From: Escherichia coli
Lineage (GTDB): Bacteria > Pseudomonadota > Gammaproteobacteria > Enterobacterales > Enterobacteriaceae
Length of the DNA stretch: 64,000 nt
Strand: one strand, 5' to 3'
NCBI RefSeq assembly: GCF_048403405.1
Contig: NZ_CP183129.1
Positions 1 through 9,436 of this stretch are shown here, one piece after another. A program made the translations under genes and the position numbers. How positions within the stretch are numbered: the stretch's first letter is position 1; every line of letters starts with the position of its first letter. Under the pieces are notes generated by a model. It was not told where the DNA came from and ran no database searches. It saw nothing but the letters and a program-made list of their open reading frames with translations.

Positions 1-1104
1 TCACTCGCTTACGGGATTGCGCAACTTCCTTGCGGCCCACTATTGGATCGTAAAGGCCCACGCCTGATGCTGGGACTGGGGATGTTCTTCTGGTCACTGT
101 TCCAGGCCATGTCTGGCATGGTGCACAGCTTTACGCAGTTCGTGTTGGTGCGTATCGGTATGGGGATTGGTGAAGCGCCGATGAACCCATGTGGCGTAAA
201 AGTCATTAACGACTGGTTCAACATCAAAGAGCGCGGACGCCCGATGGGCTTCTTCAACGCAGCTTCTACCATTGGCGTAGCCGTAAGCCCACCGATTCTG
301 GCAGCGATGATGCTGGTGATGGGCTGGCGCGGGATGTTTATTACCATTGGTGTACTGGGGATTTTTCTCGCCATCGGCTGGTATATGCTCTATCGCAACC
401 GCGAGCACGTAGAACTGACTGCCGTTGAACAAGCTTATCTCAATGCAGGTAGCGTCAATGCCCGCCGAGATCCGCTCAGTTTTGCCGAATGGCGCAGCCT
501 GTTCCGTAACCGCACAATGTGGGGAATGATGCTCGGATTCAGTGGCATCAACTACACTGCGTGGCTGTATCTGGCCTGGCTTCCTGGTTACCTGCAAACA
601 GCCTATAACCTGGATTTAAAAAGCACAGGGTTGATGGCGGCTATCCCTTTCCTGTTTGGGGCTGCCGGGATGCTGGTCAACGGTTACGTTACTGACTGGC
701 TGGTCAAAGGGGGAATGGCTCCGATTAAAAGCCGTAAGATCTGCATTATTGCCGGGATGTTCTGTTCTGCCGCCTTTACGCTGGTCGTACCGCAAGCGAC
801 AACATCCATGACAGCGGTTCTGCTGATTGGCATGGCACTGTTTTGTATTCACTTTGCCGGAACATCCTGCTGGGGCTTGATCCACGTCGCAGTTGCTTCT
901 CGCATGACTGCGTCGGTGGGCAGTATCCAGAACTTTGCCAGCTTCATCTGCGCCTCTTTTGCGCCGATCATTACTGGTTTTATTGTTGATACCACCCACT
1001 CATTCCGTCTGGCACTAATCATCTGCGGTTGCGTCACCGCGGCGGGTGCACTGGCGTACATCTTCCTGGTTCGTCAGCCGATCAACGACCCGCGTAAAGA
1101 TTAA
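1..1104 (+). CDS. lgoT: MFS transporter, L-galactonate transporter LgoT/YjjL (5' end truncated by window edge)
   Basis: Frame 1 is open from position 1 to the TAA at 1102-1104; translation is a multi-helix MFS permease recognised as YjjL/LgoT C-terminal portion; lies next to tsr as in K-12. Confidence 0.8.
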   Translation, partial: SLAYGIAQLPCGPLLDRKGPRLMLGLGMFFWSLFQAMSGMVHSFTQFVLVRIGMGIGEAPMNPCGVKVINDWFNIKERGRPMGFFNAASTIGVAVSPPILAAMMLVMGWRGMFITIGVLGIFLAIGWYMLYRNREHVELTAVEQAYLNAGSVNARRDPLSFAEWRSLFRNRTMWGMMLGFSGINYTAWLYLAWLPGYLQTAYNLDLKSTGLMAAIPFLFGAAGMLVNGYVTDWLVKGGMAPIKSRKICIIAGMFCSAAFTLVVPQATTSMTAVLLIGMALFCIHFAGTSCWGLIHVAVASRMTASVGSIQNFASFICASFAPIITGFIVDTTHSFRLALIICGCVTAAGALAYIFLVRQPINDPRKD

Positions 1105-1112
1105 TCTCCCTA

Positions 1113-1146
1113 TGCCCGATAACATTTTGCTTATCGGGCATTTTTA
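1113..1146. terminator. Hairpin terminator between convergent lgoT and tsr
   Basis: Inverted repeat tgcccgataa / ttatcgggca with 8-nt loop, followed by TTTTTA on the + strand. Confidence 0.5.
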
Positions 1147-1152
1147 TGGCGA

Positions 1153-2817
1153 TTAAAACGTTTCCCAGTTCTCCCCGCTATCTGCCACGGCCATTTTACG
1201 CGGCGCAGCTGGCGTCACGGTTTTTACCACAGCCGATGTTTCACGCTGCTGTTGCTGCTGTTGCTGAATCCGGAACACTGCCACAGCTTCGGTCAGGCGA
1301 CTGGCCTGCTCTTCCAGCGCGGCAGCGGCGGCGGCAGATTCTTCCACCAGTGCGGCGTTCTGTTGAGTTACCCGGTCCATCTCAGCAACCGCTAATCCAA
1401 CCTGATCGATACCACGGCTCTGCTCATCAGAAGCAGAAGCAATTTCGCCCATAATGTCCGTCACGCGGGTCACGGCACTGACAATCTCCGCCATTGTTTC
1501 CCCTGCGCTTTCGACCAGCGTAGAGCCAACATCCACTTTCCCCACCGAGTCTTCAATCAGGCTTTTAATTTCACGAGCCGCCTGGGCGCTGCGCTGGGCC
1601 AGATTACGCACTTCTCCCGCGACCACCGCAAAACCGCGCCCTTGCTCACCCGCACGCGCAGCCTCAACCGCCGCGTTCAAAGCCAGAATATTGGTCTGGA
1701 AGGCAATGCCGTCAATTACGCTGATAATATCGGCGATTTTCTGCGAACTGGTGGAGATATCGCGCATAGTCTGCACCACGTTATCTACCACTTTGCCGCC
1801 GCGTTGCGCCGTTTCAGAAGCACTTAACGCCAGATGGCTGGCCTGACGCGCATTCTCGGCGTTCTGTTTCACCGTTGCGGTCAGTTGCTCCATGCTGGCT
1901 GCCGTCTCTTCCAGCGAAGCGGCCTGTTGCTCGGTGCGCGAAGAGAGATCGTTATTGCCGGTGGCGATTTCGCTGGCACCGCTATAAATGGCATTGGCCC
2001 CGTTGCGCACATCACCGACGGTACGCATCAGCTCTCCCTGCATATGGCGCAAACTCTCTGCCAGTTGCCCCATCTCATTAGAGCCATCCACCTCAATCGG
2101 TTTCACCAGATCGCCGCCTGCAATATGACGAATGCTGTCAATCAGGCGATTCATTGGCGCTACCAACGAGGCTTTAATACCGAACCAGACGGCGAAGATG
2201 ACCGCCAGTACGACGATCATCACGCCCACCAGGATCCACATCGCCTGGCTGTAGGAGGCATTATTATCGCTGACGGCGATATCATAGAGCCGATCGTTTT
2301 GCTCCATGTAAGCCACATACTGCTTCTCGAAACCGTCCTGATATCCCTGGGTCGGCTGATCAAAGAACTCGTTGATTTTGCCTGCACCTAACAGTTGGAT
2401 CAGCTCCGCCAGCGCATTGTGATAAATATCGTAATTACGTTTGATCTCTGCCGCTGCGGCGGTGCTCTGACGCGGGTCACGCGGCAACGCTTCGTAATCC
2501 GCCCAGTTTTTTTCCGCCTGTTTCAGCGAAATACTGGCACTCTGCATCAGCTCAGCAACGGTTGAACCGCTACCAATATTATTCTGATCCATCATGTAGC
2601 GGATACCCGCGCGGTTGAGGGTGTTACGCGTCTGCAACAACGCGACCCAGCTGCCATTCAGCGTGGATTGCTGCTGGCGAATGGTTTGTAAAACAGTGAA
2701 ATTTTCTTTGTCATTCTTTAAGGCATTAAAGAACAGACCGCCTGATGTCAGTTGTAAAAGGCCAAAAACGGCCAAAACCAGCAGTAAGCTGGTCACAATT
2801 TTGATACGTTTTAACAT
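1153..2817 (-). CDS. tsr: Methyl-accepting chemotaxis protein I (serine chemoreceptor)
   Basis: 554-aa ORF; N-terminal TM segment, periplasmic ligand domain, HAMP, conserved MCP signalling domain, C-terminal NWETF pentapeptide; recognised as Tsr. Confidence 0.95.
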   Translation of the reverse strand: MLKRIKIVTSLLLVLAVFGLLQLTSGGLFFNALKNDKENFTVLQTIRQQQSTLNGSWVALLQTRNTLNRAGIRYMMDQNNIGSGSTVAELMQSASISLKQAEKNWADYEALPRDPRQSTAAAAEIKRNYDIYHNALAELIQLLGAGKINEFFDQPTQGYQDGFEKQYVAYMEQNDRLYDIAVSDNNASYSQAMWILVGVMIVVLAVIFAVWFGIKASLVAPMNRLIDSIRHIAGGDLVKPIEVDGSNEMGQLAESLRHMQGELMRTVGDVRNGANAIYSGASEIATGNNDLSSRTEQQAASLEETAASMEQLTATVKQNAENARQASHLALSASETAQRGGKVVDNVVQTMRDISTSSQKIADIISVIDGIAFQTNILALNAAVEAARAGEQGRGFAVVAGEVRNLAQRSAQAAREIKSLIEDSVGKVDVGSTLVESAGETMAEIVSAVTRVTDIMGEIASASDEQSRGIDQVGLAVAEMDRVTQQNAALVEESAAAAAALEEQASRLTEAVAVFRIQQQQQQQRETSAVVKTVTPAAPRKMAVADSGENWETF

Positions 2818-2847
2818 GTTTTCTCTTTCCTGTGGACCGATGCAAGA

Positions 2848-2874
2848 TTTTCGGCCTGGAAAGGAAAAACTTTA
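2848..2874 (-). promoter_or_regulatory. sigma28 (FliA) class III flagellar promoter for tsr
   Basis: Minus strand reads TAAAGTTT-N11-GCCGAAAA, a near-perfect match to the FliA consensus TAAAGTTT-N11-GCCGATAA, about 30 nt upstream of the tsr start. Confidence 0.6.
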
Positions 2875-2935
2875 TGAAAAGGTGTAACCCGCCATCCATG
2901 GAAAAACCAGGCGCTGGTTATCAGATATTAAAAAG

Positions 2936-3382
2936 TTATTCATTATCGCCCGGGATGTCTTCTTGTCGGGAATTACCCAGAGCAATAAATTCCTCTAACA
3001 GATGGGTTAACTGTTGCATTTTCTCGGCAGTAAACTGAGCTTCAATCTGCCGATAGGCCTCTTCAATCTGTGTCTGAGCGCGGTTATACAGCGCCTGCCC
3101 CTCTTTGGTCAGCGAGATATAGAGCTTCCGCTGATCATTGATCGGCTTTAATCGCAACACTAAACCGTCGCGTTCCATCCGCGTAAGGATCCCGGTCAGG
3201 CTTGGGCGCAAAATGCAGGCGCGATACGCCAGATCGTGAAAATCCATTGATGGGCTTTCCGCCAGAATACGCACGATGCGCCACTGTTGCTCAGTCAAAT
3301 TATGCCGTTTAACGATTGGGCGAAAATAACTCATCGCCGCTTCTCGCGCCTGGAGCAACGCAATGGTTAGAGAGTCGTGCAT
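2936..3382 (-). CDS. hpaR: MarR-family repressor of the homoprotocatechuate (hpa meta-cleavage) operon
   Basis: ORF track gives 175 aa; the internal Met (MHDSLTIALLQ...) gives a 148-aa MarR-type winged-helix protein recognised as HpaR; divergent from hpaG. Confidence 0.85.
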   Translation of the reverse strand: MHDSLTIALLQAREAAMSYFRPIVKRHNLTEQQWRIVRILAESPSMDFHDLAYRACILRPSLTGILTRMERDGLVLRLKPINDQRKLYISLTKEGQALYNRAQTQIEEAYRQIEAQFTAEKMQQLTHLLEEFIALGNSRQEDIPGDNE

Positions 3383-3604
3383 TATCTTTCCCCTGAAAAA
3401 TTCAAAATCATTAATATAGAAACAGTTAATCATCACGTTACCGGGACTGCGCTGCCCCTGCAATTCTTCATTTTATCAAAATTGAGCATGTTTTGTTAAC
3501 TTGCTGATATTTAATATTTTATTATCTTTAAATGTAAATAGTTTGTTAATTAGATCACATTTACATCACTTACTTTTGCCAAACTACGCAATCGGGAATA
3601 AAAG

Positions 3605-3628
3605 TAATCATTAACATATTAATGATTA
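3605..3628. promoter_or_regulatory. Perfect 10-bp inverted repeat, candidate HpaR operator at the hpaG promoter
   Basis: TAATCATTAA-cata-TTAATGATTA, 26-49 bp upstream of the hpaG start; related half-sites AATCATTAAT (3406-3415) and TTAATCATCA (3427-3436) sit next to the hpaR start. Confidence 0.5.
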
Positions 3629-3653
3629 AGATGATCGAATCCGAGGAGTGGTA

Positions 3654-4943
3654 ATGAAAGGCACTATCTTCGCCGTAGCGTTGAACCATCGCAGCCAGCT
3701 TGATGCATGGCAGGAAGCGTTCCAGCAATCCCCCTACAAAACCCCGCCTAAAACTGCGGTCTGGTTTATTAAACCGCGCAATACGGTGATTGGTTGCGGT
3801 GAACCGATTCCCTTTCCACAGGGTGAAAAAGTACTGAGCGGTGCGACTGTTGCGCTGATTGTGGGGAAAACGGCGACGAAAGTACGTGAAGAAGATGCGG
3901 CAGAGTACATCGCCGGATATGCGCTGGCTAACGACGTCAGCCTGCCGGAAGAGAGCTTTTACCGCCCGGCAATCAAAGCAAAATGTCGTGATGGATTCTG
4001 CCCCATTGGCGAAACCGTGGCTCCCAGCAATGTCGATAATCTGACTATCTATACCGAGATCAACGGGCGTCCTGCCGATCATTGGAACACCGCCGATTTA
4101 CAACGTAACGCCGCGCAGTTGCTGAGCGCTCTGAGCGAATTTGCCACGCTGAATCCAGGCGATGCCATTCTGCTCGGCACGCCACAGGCGCGCGTGGAAA
4201 TACAGCCAGGCGATCGCGTGCGTGTTCTCGCAGAAGGTTTCCCGCCACTGGAAAATCCGGTAGTGGACGAACGTGAAGTGACCACGCGCAAGAGCTTCCC
4301 AACGCAGCCACACCCGCACGGCACGCTGTTTGCCCTCGGCCTGAACTACGCCGACCACGCCAGCGAACTGGAATTTAAGCCACCGGAAGAACCGCTGGTG
4401 TTCCTGAAAGCGCCGAATACCCTCACTGGCGATAACCAGACCTCCGTGCGCCCGAACAATATTGAATACATGCACTACGAAGCGGAGCTGGTGGTAGTTA
4501 TTGGCAAGCAGGCGCGTAACGTCAGCGAAGCCGATGCCATGGATTATGTCGCGGGCTACACCGTGTGTAACGACTACGCCATTCGCGACTATCTGGAAAA
4601 CTACTACCGCCCTAACCTGCGGGTAAAAAGCCGCGACGGACTGACGCCGATGCTTTCAACCATCGTGCCGAAAGAGGCGATCCCGGACCCGCATAATCTG
4701 ACCCTTCGCACCTTCGTCAACGGCGAGTTACGCCAGCAAGGCACCACCGCCGATCTGATCTTCAGCGTGCCCTTCCTGATCGCCTACTTAAGCGAATTTA
4801 TGACCCTGAATCCGGGCGACATGATCGCCACCGGCACACCAAAAGGCTTATCTGACGTGGTGCCTGGCGATGAAGTAGTGGTGGAAGTAGAAGGCGTGGG
4901 CCGCCTGGTGAACCGAATTGTGAGTGAGGAAACAGCGAAATGA
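3654..4943 (+). CDS. hpaG: Bifunctional 5-carboxymethyl-2-oxo-hex-3-ene-1,7-dioate decarboxylase / 2-hydroxyhepta-2,4-diene-1,7-dioate isomerase
   Basis: 429 aa from ATG 3654 with GAGGAG RBS at 3644-3649; duplicated FAH-family domain; recognised as HpaG. Confidence 0.9.
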   Translation: MKGTIFAVALNHRSQLDAWQEAFQQSPYKTPPKTAVWFIKPRNTVIGCGEPIPFPQGEKVLSGATVALIVGKTATKVREEDAAEYIAGYALANDVSLPEESFYRPAIKAKCRDGFCPIGETVAPSNVDNLTIYTEINGRPADHWNTADLQRNAAQLLSALSEFATLNPGDAILLGTPQARVEIQPGDRVRVLAEGFPPLENPVVDEREVTTRKSFPTQPHPHGTLFALGLNYADHASELEFKPPEEPLVFLKAPNTLTGDNQTSVRPNNIEYMHYEAELVVVIGKQARNVSEADAMDYVAGYTVCNDYAIRDYLENYYRPNLRVKSRDGLTPMLSTIVPKEAIPDPHNLTLRTFVNGELRQQGTTADLIFSVPFLIAYLSEFMTLNPGDMIATGTPKGLSDVVPGDEVVVEVEGVGRLVNRIVSEETAK

Positions 4944-6406
4944 AAAAAGTAAATCATTGGATCAACGGCAAAAATGTTGCAGGTAACGACTACTTCCAGA
5001 CCACCAATCCGGCAACGGGTGAAGTGCTGGCAGATGTGGCCTCCGGCGGTGAAGCGGAGATCAATCAGGCGGTAGCGGCAGCGAAAGAGGCGTTCCCGAA
5101 ATGGGCCAATCTGCCGATGAAAGAGCGTGCGCGCCTGATGCGCCGTCTGGGCGATCTGATCGACCAGAACGTGCCTGAGATCGCCGCGATGGAAACCGCG
5201 GACACGGGCCTGCCGATCCATCAGACCAAAAATGTATTGATCCCACGCGCTTCTCACAACTTTGAATTTTTCGCGGAAGTCTGCCAGCAGATGAACGGCA
5301 AGACCTATCCGGTTGACGACAAGATGCTCAACTACACGCTGGTGCAACCGGTAGGCGTTTGTGCGCTGGTATCGCCGTGGAACGTGCCGTTTATGACCGC
5401 CACATGGAAGGTCGCGCCGTGTCTGGCGCTGGGCAATACCGCGGTGTTGAAAATGTCGGAACTCTCCCCGCTGACCGCTGACCGCCTGGGTGAGCTGGCG
5501 CTGGAAGCCGGTATTCCGGCGGGCGTGCTGAACGTGGTACAGGGCTACGGCGCAACCGCAGGCGATGCGCTGGTTCGTCATCATGACGTACGTGCCGTGT
5601 CGTTCACCGGCGGTACGGCCACCGGGCGCAACATCATGAAAAACGCCGGGCTGAAAAAATACTCCATGGAACTGGGCGGTAAATCGCCGGTGCTGATTTT
5701 TGAAGATGCCGATATTGAACGCGCGCTGGACGCTGCCCTGTTCACCATCTTCTCGATCAACGGCGAGCGCTGCACCGCCGGTTCGCGCATCTTTATTCAG
5801 CAAAGCATCTACCCGGAATTCGTTAAACGCTTTGCCGAACGCGCCAACCGTCTGCGCGTGGGCGATCCGAACGATCCGAATACCCAGGTTGGGGCGCTTA
5901 TCAGCCAGCAACACTGGGAAAAAGTCTCCGGCTATATTCGTCTCGGCATTGAAGAAGGCGCAACCCTGCTAGCGGGCGGTCCGGATAAACCGTCCGACCT
6001 GCCTGCGCACCTGAAAGGCGGCAACTTCCTGCGCCCAACGGTGCTGGCTGACGTTGATAACCGTATGCGCGTCGCCCAGGAAGAGATTTTCGGGCCGGTC
6101 GCCTGTCTGCTGCCGTTTAAAGACGAAGCTGAAGGTCTGCGCCTGGCAAATGACGTGGAGTATGGCCTCGCGTCGTACATCTGGACGCAGGATGTCAGCA
6201 AAGTGTTACGCCTGGCGCGTGGCATTGAAGCAGGCATGGTGTTCGTCAACACCCAGAACGTGCGCGACCTGCGCCAGCCGTTTGGCGGCGTAAAAGCCTC
6301 CGGCACCGGGCGTGAAGGCGGTGAGTACAGCTTCGAAGTGTTCGCGGAAATGAAGAACGTCTGCATTTCCATGGGCGACCATCCAATTCCGAAATGGGGA
6401 GTCTGA
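4940..6406 (+). CDS. hpaE: 5-carboxymethyl-2-hydroxymuconate semialdehyde dehydrogenase (NAD-dependent aldehyde dehydrogenase)
   Basis: 488 aa; ATGA start/stop overlap with hpaG; aldehyde dehydrogenase family with catalytic Cys region (FSINGERCTAGSR). Confidence 0.9.
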   Translation: MKKVNHWINGKNVAGNDYFQTTNPATGEVLADVASGGEAEINQAVAAAKEAFPKWANLPMKERARLMRRLGDLIDQNVPEIAAMETADTGLPIHQTKNVLIPRASHNFEFFAEVCQQMNGKTYPVDDKMLNYTLVQPVGVCALVSPWNVPFMTATWKVAPCLALGNTAVLKMSELSPLTADRLGELALEAGIPAGVLNVVQGYGATAGDALVRHHDVRAVSFTGGTATGRNIMKNAGLKKYSMELGGKSPVLIFEDADIERALDAALFTIFSINGERCTAGSRIFIQQSIYPEFVKRFAERANRLRVGDPNDPNTQVGALISQQHWEKVSGYIRLGIEEGATLLAGGPDKPSDLPAHLKGGNFLRPTVLADVDNRMRVAQEEIFGPVACLLPFKDEAEGLRLANDVEYGLASYIWTQDVSKVLRLARGIEAGMVFVNTQNVRDLRQPFGGVKASGTGREGGEYSFEVFAEMKNVCISMGDHPIPKWGV

Positions 6407-6407
6407 T

Positions 6408-7259
6408 ATGGGTAAGTTAGCGTTAGCCGCCAAAATCACGCACGTACCGTCGATGTATCTCTCTGAACTGCCAGGGAAAAACCACGGTTGCCGCCAGGGT
6501 GCGATCGACGGGCATAAAGAGATCAGCAAGCGTTGCCGGGAAATGGGCGTCGATACCATTATCGTTTTCGATACTCACTGGCTGGTCAACAGTGCTTATC
6601 ACATCAACTGTGCAGACCATTTTGAAGGCGTCTACACCAGCAACGAGCTGCCGCATTTTATTCGTGACATGACCTACAACTACGAGGGCAACCCGGAGTT
6701 GGGGCAGCTTATTGCCGATGAAGCCTTAAAACTCGGCGTGCGGGCAAAAGCGCACAACATTCCCAGCCTGAAACTGGAATACGGCACGCTGGTGCCAATG
6801 CGCTACATGAATGAAGACAAGCACTTCAAAGTGGTCTCCATTTCGGCTTTCTGCACGGTTCACGATTTTGCCGACAGCCGCAAGCTTGGCGAAGCGATTT
6901 TGAAAGCAATCGAACAGTACGACGGCACCGTGGCGGTCCTTGCCAGCGGTTCGTTATCGCACCGCTTTATTGACGATCAGCGTGCGGAAGAAGGGATGAA
7001 CAGCTACACCCGCGAGTTCGACCGCCAGATGGACGAGCGCGTGGTGAAGCTGTGGCGCGAAGGCCAGTTCAAAGAGTTCTGCAATATGCTGCCGGAGTAC
7101 GCCGACTACTGCTACGGCGAAGGCAATATGCACGACACGGTGATGCTGCTGGGGATGCTCGGCTGGGATAAATACGACGGCAAGGTGGAGTTTATCACCG
7201 AGCTGTTCCCAAGCTCCGGTACTGGTCAGGTTAACGCTGTTTTCCCGCTTCCCGCGTAA
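6408..7259 (+). CDS. hpaD: 3,4-dihydroxyphenylacetate (homoprotocatechuate) 2,3-dioxygenase
   Basis: 283 aa; starts 2 nt after the hpaE stop; recognised as HpaD extradiol dioxygenase. Confidence 0.9.
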   Translation: MGKLALAAKITHVPSMYLSELPGKNHGCRQGAIDGHKEISKRCREMGVDTIIVFDTHWLVNSAYHINCADHFEGVYTSNELPHFIRDMTYNYEGNPELGQLIADEALKLGVRAKAHNIPSLKLEYGTLVPMRYMNEDKHFKVVSISAFCTVHDFADSRKLGEAILKAIEQYDGTVAVLASGSLSHRFIDDQRAEEGMNSYTREFDRQMDERVVKLWREGQFKEFCNMLPEYADYCYGEGNMHDTVMLLGMLGWDKYDGKVEFITELFPSSGTGQVNAVFPLPA

Positions 7260-7268
7260 GGACGTTTT

Positions 7269-7649
7269 ATGCCGCACTTTATCGTTGAATGTACTGAAAA
7301 TATTCGTGAAGAAGCCCGCTTACCTGAGCTGTTTGCCAGTGTTAACACTGCACTGGCGGCGACGGGGATTTTTCCGCTTGGGGGAATACGTAGCCGGGCG
7401 CACTGGATCGATACCTGGCAAATGGCTGATGGCAAGCACGATTACGCCTTTGTGCATATGACGCTAAAAATCGGCAGCGGGCGCAGTCTGGAAAGCCGTC
7501 AGGAAGTGGGCGAAATGGTGTTTGATCTGATTAAAACGCACTTCGCCTCACTGATGGAGAGCCGTTACCTGGCGCTTTCATTTGAGATTGCAGAGCTGCA
7601 CCCGACGTTGAATTTCAAACAGAACAACGTACACGCGTTGTTTAAATAA
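7269..7649 (+). CDS. hpaF: 5-carboxymethyl-2-hydroxymuconate delta-isomerase
   Basis: 126 aa beginning [12 protein letters not shown]; recognised as HpaF (CHM isomerase). Confidence 0.9.
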   Translation: MPHFIVECTENIREEARLPELFASVNTALAATGIFPLGGIRSRAHWIDTWQMADGKHDYAFVHMTLKIGSGRSLESRQEVGEMVFDLIKTHFASLMESRYLALSFEIAELHPTLNFKQNNVHALFK

Positions 7650-7658
7650 ATTTGTACC

Positions 7659-7690
7659 AGCTTCCAGGCCGGATGATAAGGCGCAGCCGC
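7659..7690. repeat. REP-like palindromic element
   Basis: gccggatgataaggcgcagccgcatccggc imperfect palindrome in the hpaF-hpaH spacer. Confidence 0.5.
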
Positions 7691-7716
7691 ATCCGGCAAT
7701 GCCACAGGATATCGCC

Positions 7717-8520
7717 ATGTTCGATAAACACACCCACACCCTGATCGCCCAGCGTCTGGATCAGGCAGAAAAACAGCGCGAACAGATCCGCGCGATCTCG
7801 CTGGATTACCCGGAGATCACCGTCGAAGATGCCTACGCCGTACAGCGCGAATGGGTCCGCCTGAAAATTGCCGAAGGCCGTACGCTGAAAGGCCACAAAA
7901 TCGGCCTGACCTCGAAAGCGATGCAGGCCAGCTCACAAATCAGCGAACCGGATTACGGCGCGCTGCTGGACGACATGTTCTTCCACGATGGCAGCGATAT
8001 CCCGACCGATCGCTTTATCGTGCCGCGCATTGAAGTGGAGCTGGCTTTCGTGCTGGCAAAACCGCTGCGTGGGCCAAACTGCACGCTGTTCGACGTTTAC
8101 AACGCCACGGACTATGTGATCCCGGCGCTGGAGCTGATCGACGCTCGCTGCCACAACATCGATCCGGAAACCCAGCGCCCGCGTAAAGTGTTCGACACCA
8201 TTTCTGATAACGCCGCCAATGCCGGGGTGATCCTCGGTGGTCGTCCCATTAAGCCCGATGAGTTGGATCTGCGTTGGATCTCCGCCCTGATGTATCGTAA
8301 TGGCGTGATTGAAGAAACTGGCGTCGCCGCTGGCGTGCTGAATCACCCGGCAAACGGCGTGGCCTGGCTGGCGAACAAACTCGCACCGTATGACGTACAA
8401 CTGGAAGCCGGGCAAATCATTCTCGGCGGTTCGTTTACCCGCCCGGTTCCGGCGCGTAAGGGCGACACCTTCCACGTCGATTACGGCAACATGGGCTCCA
8501 TTAGCTGCCGCTTTGTTTAA
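7717..8520 (+). CDS. hpaH: 2-oxo-hept-3-ene-1,7-dioate hydratase
   Basis: 267 aa from the second in-frame ATG ([12 protein letters not shown]...); the ORF track starts 6 codons earlier at 7699. Confidence 0.85.
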   Translation: MFDKHTHTLIAQRLDQAEKQREQIRAISLDYPEITVEDAYAVQREWVRLKIAEGRTLKGHKIGLTSKAMQASSQISEPDYGALLDDMFFHDGSDIPTDRFIVPRIEVELAFVLAKPLRGPNCTLFDVYNATDYVIPALELIDARCHNIDPETQRPRKVFDTISDNAANAGVILGGRPIKPDELDLRWISALMYRNGVIEETGVAAGVLNHPANGVAWLANKLAPYDVQLEAGQIILGGSFTRPVPARKGDTFHVDYGNMGSISCRFV

Positions 8521-8530
8521 GGAGAGAACG

Positions 8531-9319
8531 ATGGAAAACAGTTTTAAAGCGGCGCTGAAAGCAGGCCGCCCGCAGATCGGATTATGGCTGGGGCTAAGTA
8601 GCAGCTACAGCGCAGAGTTACTGGCCGGAGCAGGATTCGACTGGTTGTTGATCGACGGTGAGCACGCGCCGAATAACGTGCAAACCGTGCTCACCCAGCT
8701 ACAGGCGATTGCGCCCTACCCCAGCCAGCCGGTAGTACGTCCGTCGTGGAACGATCCGGTGCAAATCAAACAACTGCTGGACGTCGGCACACAAACCTTA
8801 CTGGTGCCGATGGTTCAAAACGCTGACGAAGCCCGTGAAGCGGTACGCGCCACCCGTTATCCCCCCGCCGGTATTCGCGGTGTGGGCAGTGCGCTGGCCC
8901 GCGCCTCGCGCTGGAATCGCATTCCTGATTACCTGCAAAAAGCCAACGATCAAATGTGCGTACTGGTGCAGATCGAAACTCGTGAGGCAATGAAGAACCT
9001 ACCGCAGATTCTGGACGTGGAAGGGGTAGACGGCGTGTTTATCGGCCCGGCGGATCTGAGCGCCGATATGGGTTATGCCGGTAATCCGCAGCACCCGGAA
9101 GTGCAGGCCGCCATTGAACAGGCGATCGTGCAAATCCGTGAAGCGGGCAAAGCTCCGGGGATCCTGATCGCCAATGAGCAACTGGCAAAACGCTACCTGG
9201 AACTGGGCGCGCTATTTGTCGCCGTCGGCGTTGACACCACCCTGCTCGCCCGCGCCGCCGAAGCGCTGGCAGCACGGTTTGGCGCGCAGGCCACGACCGT
9301 TAAGCCCGGCGTGTATTAA
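8531..9319 (+). CDS. hpaI: 2,4-dihydroxyhept-2-ene-1,7-dioate aldolase
   Basis: 262 aa from ATG 8531 with GGAGAG RBS at 8521-8526; the ORF-track start at 8390 is an upstream extension overlapping hpaH. Confidence 0.9.
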   Translation: MENSFKAALKAGRPQIGLWLGLSSSYSAELLAGAGFDWLLIDGEHAPNNVQTVLTQLQAIAPYPSQPVVRPSWNDPVQIKQLLDVGTQTLLVPMVQNADEAREAVRATRYPPAGIRGVGSALARASRWNRIPDYLQKANDQMCVLVQIETREAMKNLPQILDVEGVDGVFIGPADLSADMGYAGNPQHPEVQAAIEQAIVQIREAGKAPGILIANEQLAKRYLELGALFVAVGVDTTLLARAAEALAARFGAQATTVKPGVY

Positions 9320-9395
9320 TGCTGAATGCGCTTATCCGGCTTACAGCAGTACCAAACTGTAGCCGGATAAGGCGTTTACGCCGCATCCGCCATAA
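9320..9395. repeat. REP (repetitive extragenic palindrome) copies
   Basis: tgcgcttatccggcttacagc...gtagccggataaggcgtttacgccgcatccg, the canonical E. coli REP/PU consensus, between hpaI and hpaX. Confidence 0.55.
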
Positions 9396-9436
9396 ATCTT
9401 GTCGTACCCTACAAAAATCCCATTAGAGGAAGAAAA

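Noticed and set aside
4784-5914. 376-aa minus-strand ORF antisense to hpaE
   Set aside because: Lies entirely within the well-supported hpaE coding region on the opposite strand; Arg/His/Gly-rich low-complexity translation typical of a GC-rich antisense frame; no RBS context.
8390-8530. N-terminal 47-codon extension of the hpaI ORF in the supplied track
   Set aside because: The extension overlaps the 3' end of hpaH in another frame; a GGAGAG RBS precedes ATG 8531, which gives the expected 262-aa aldolase.
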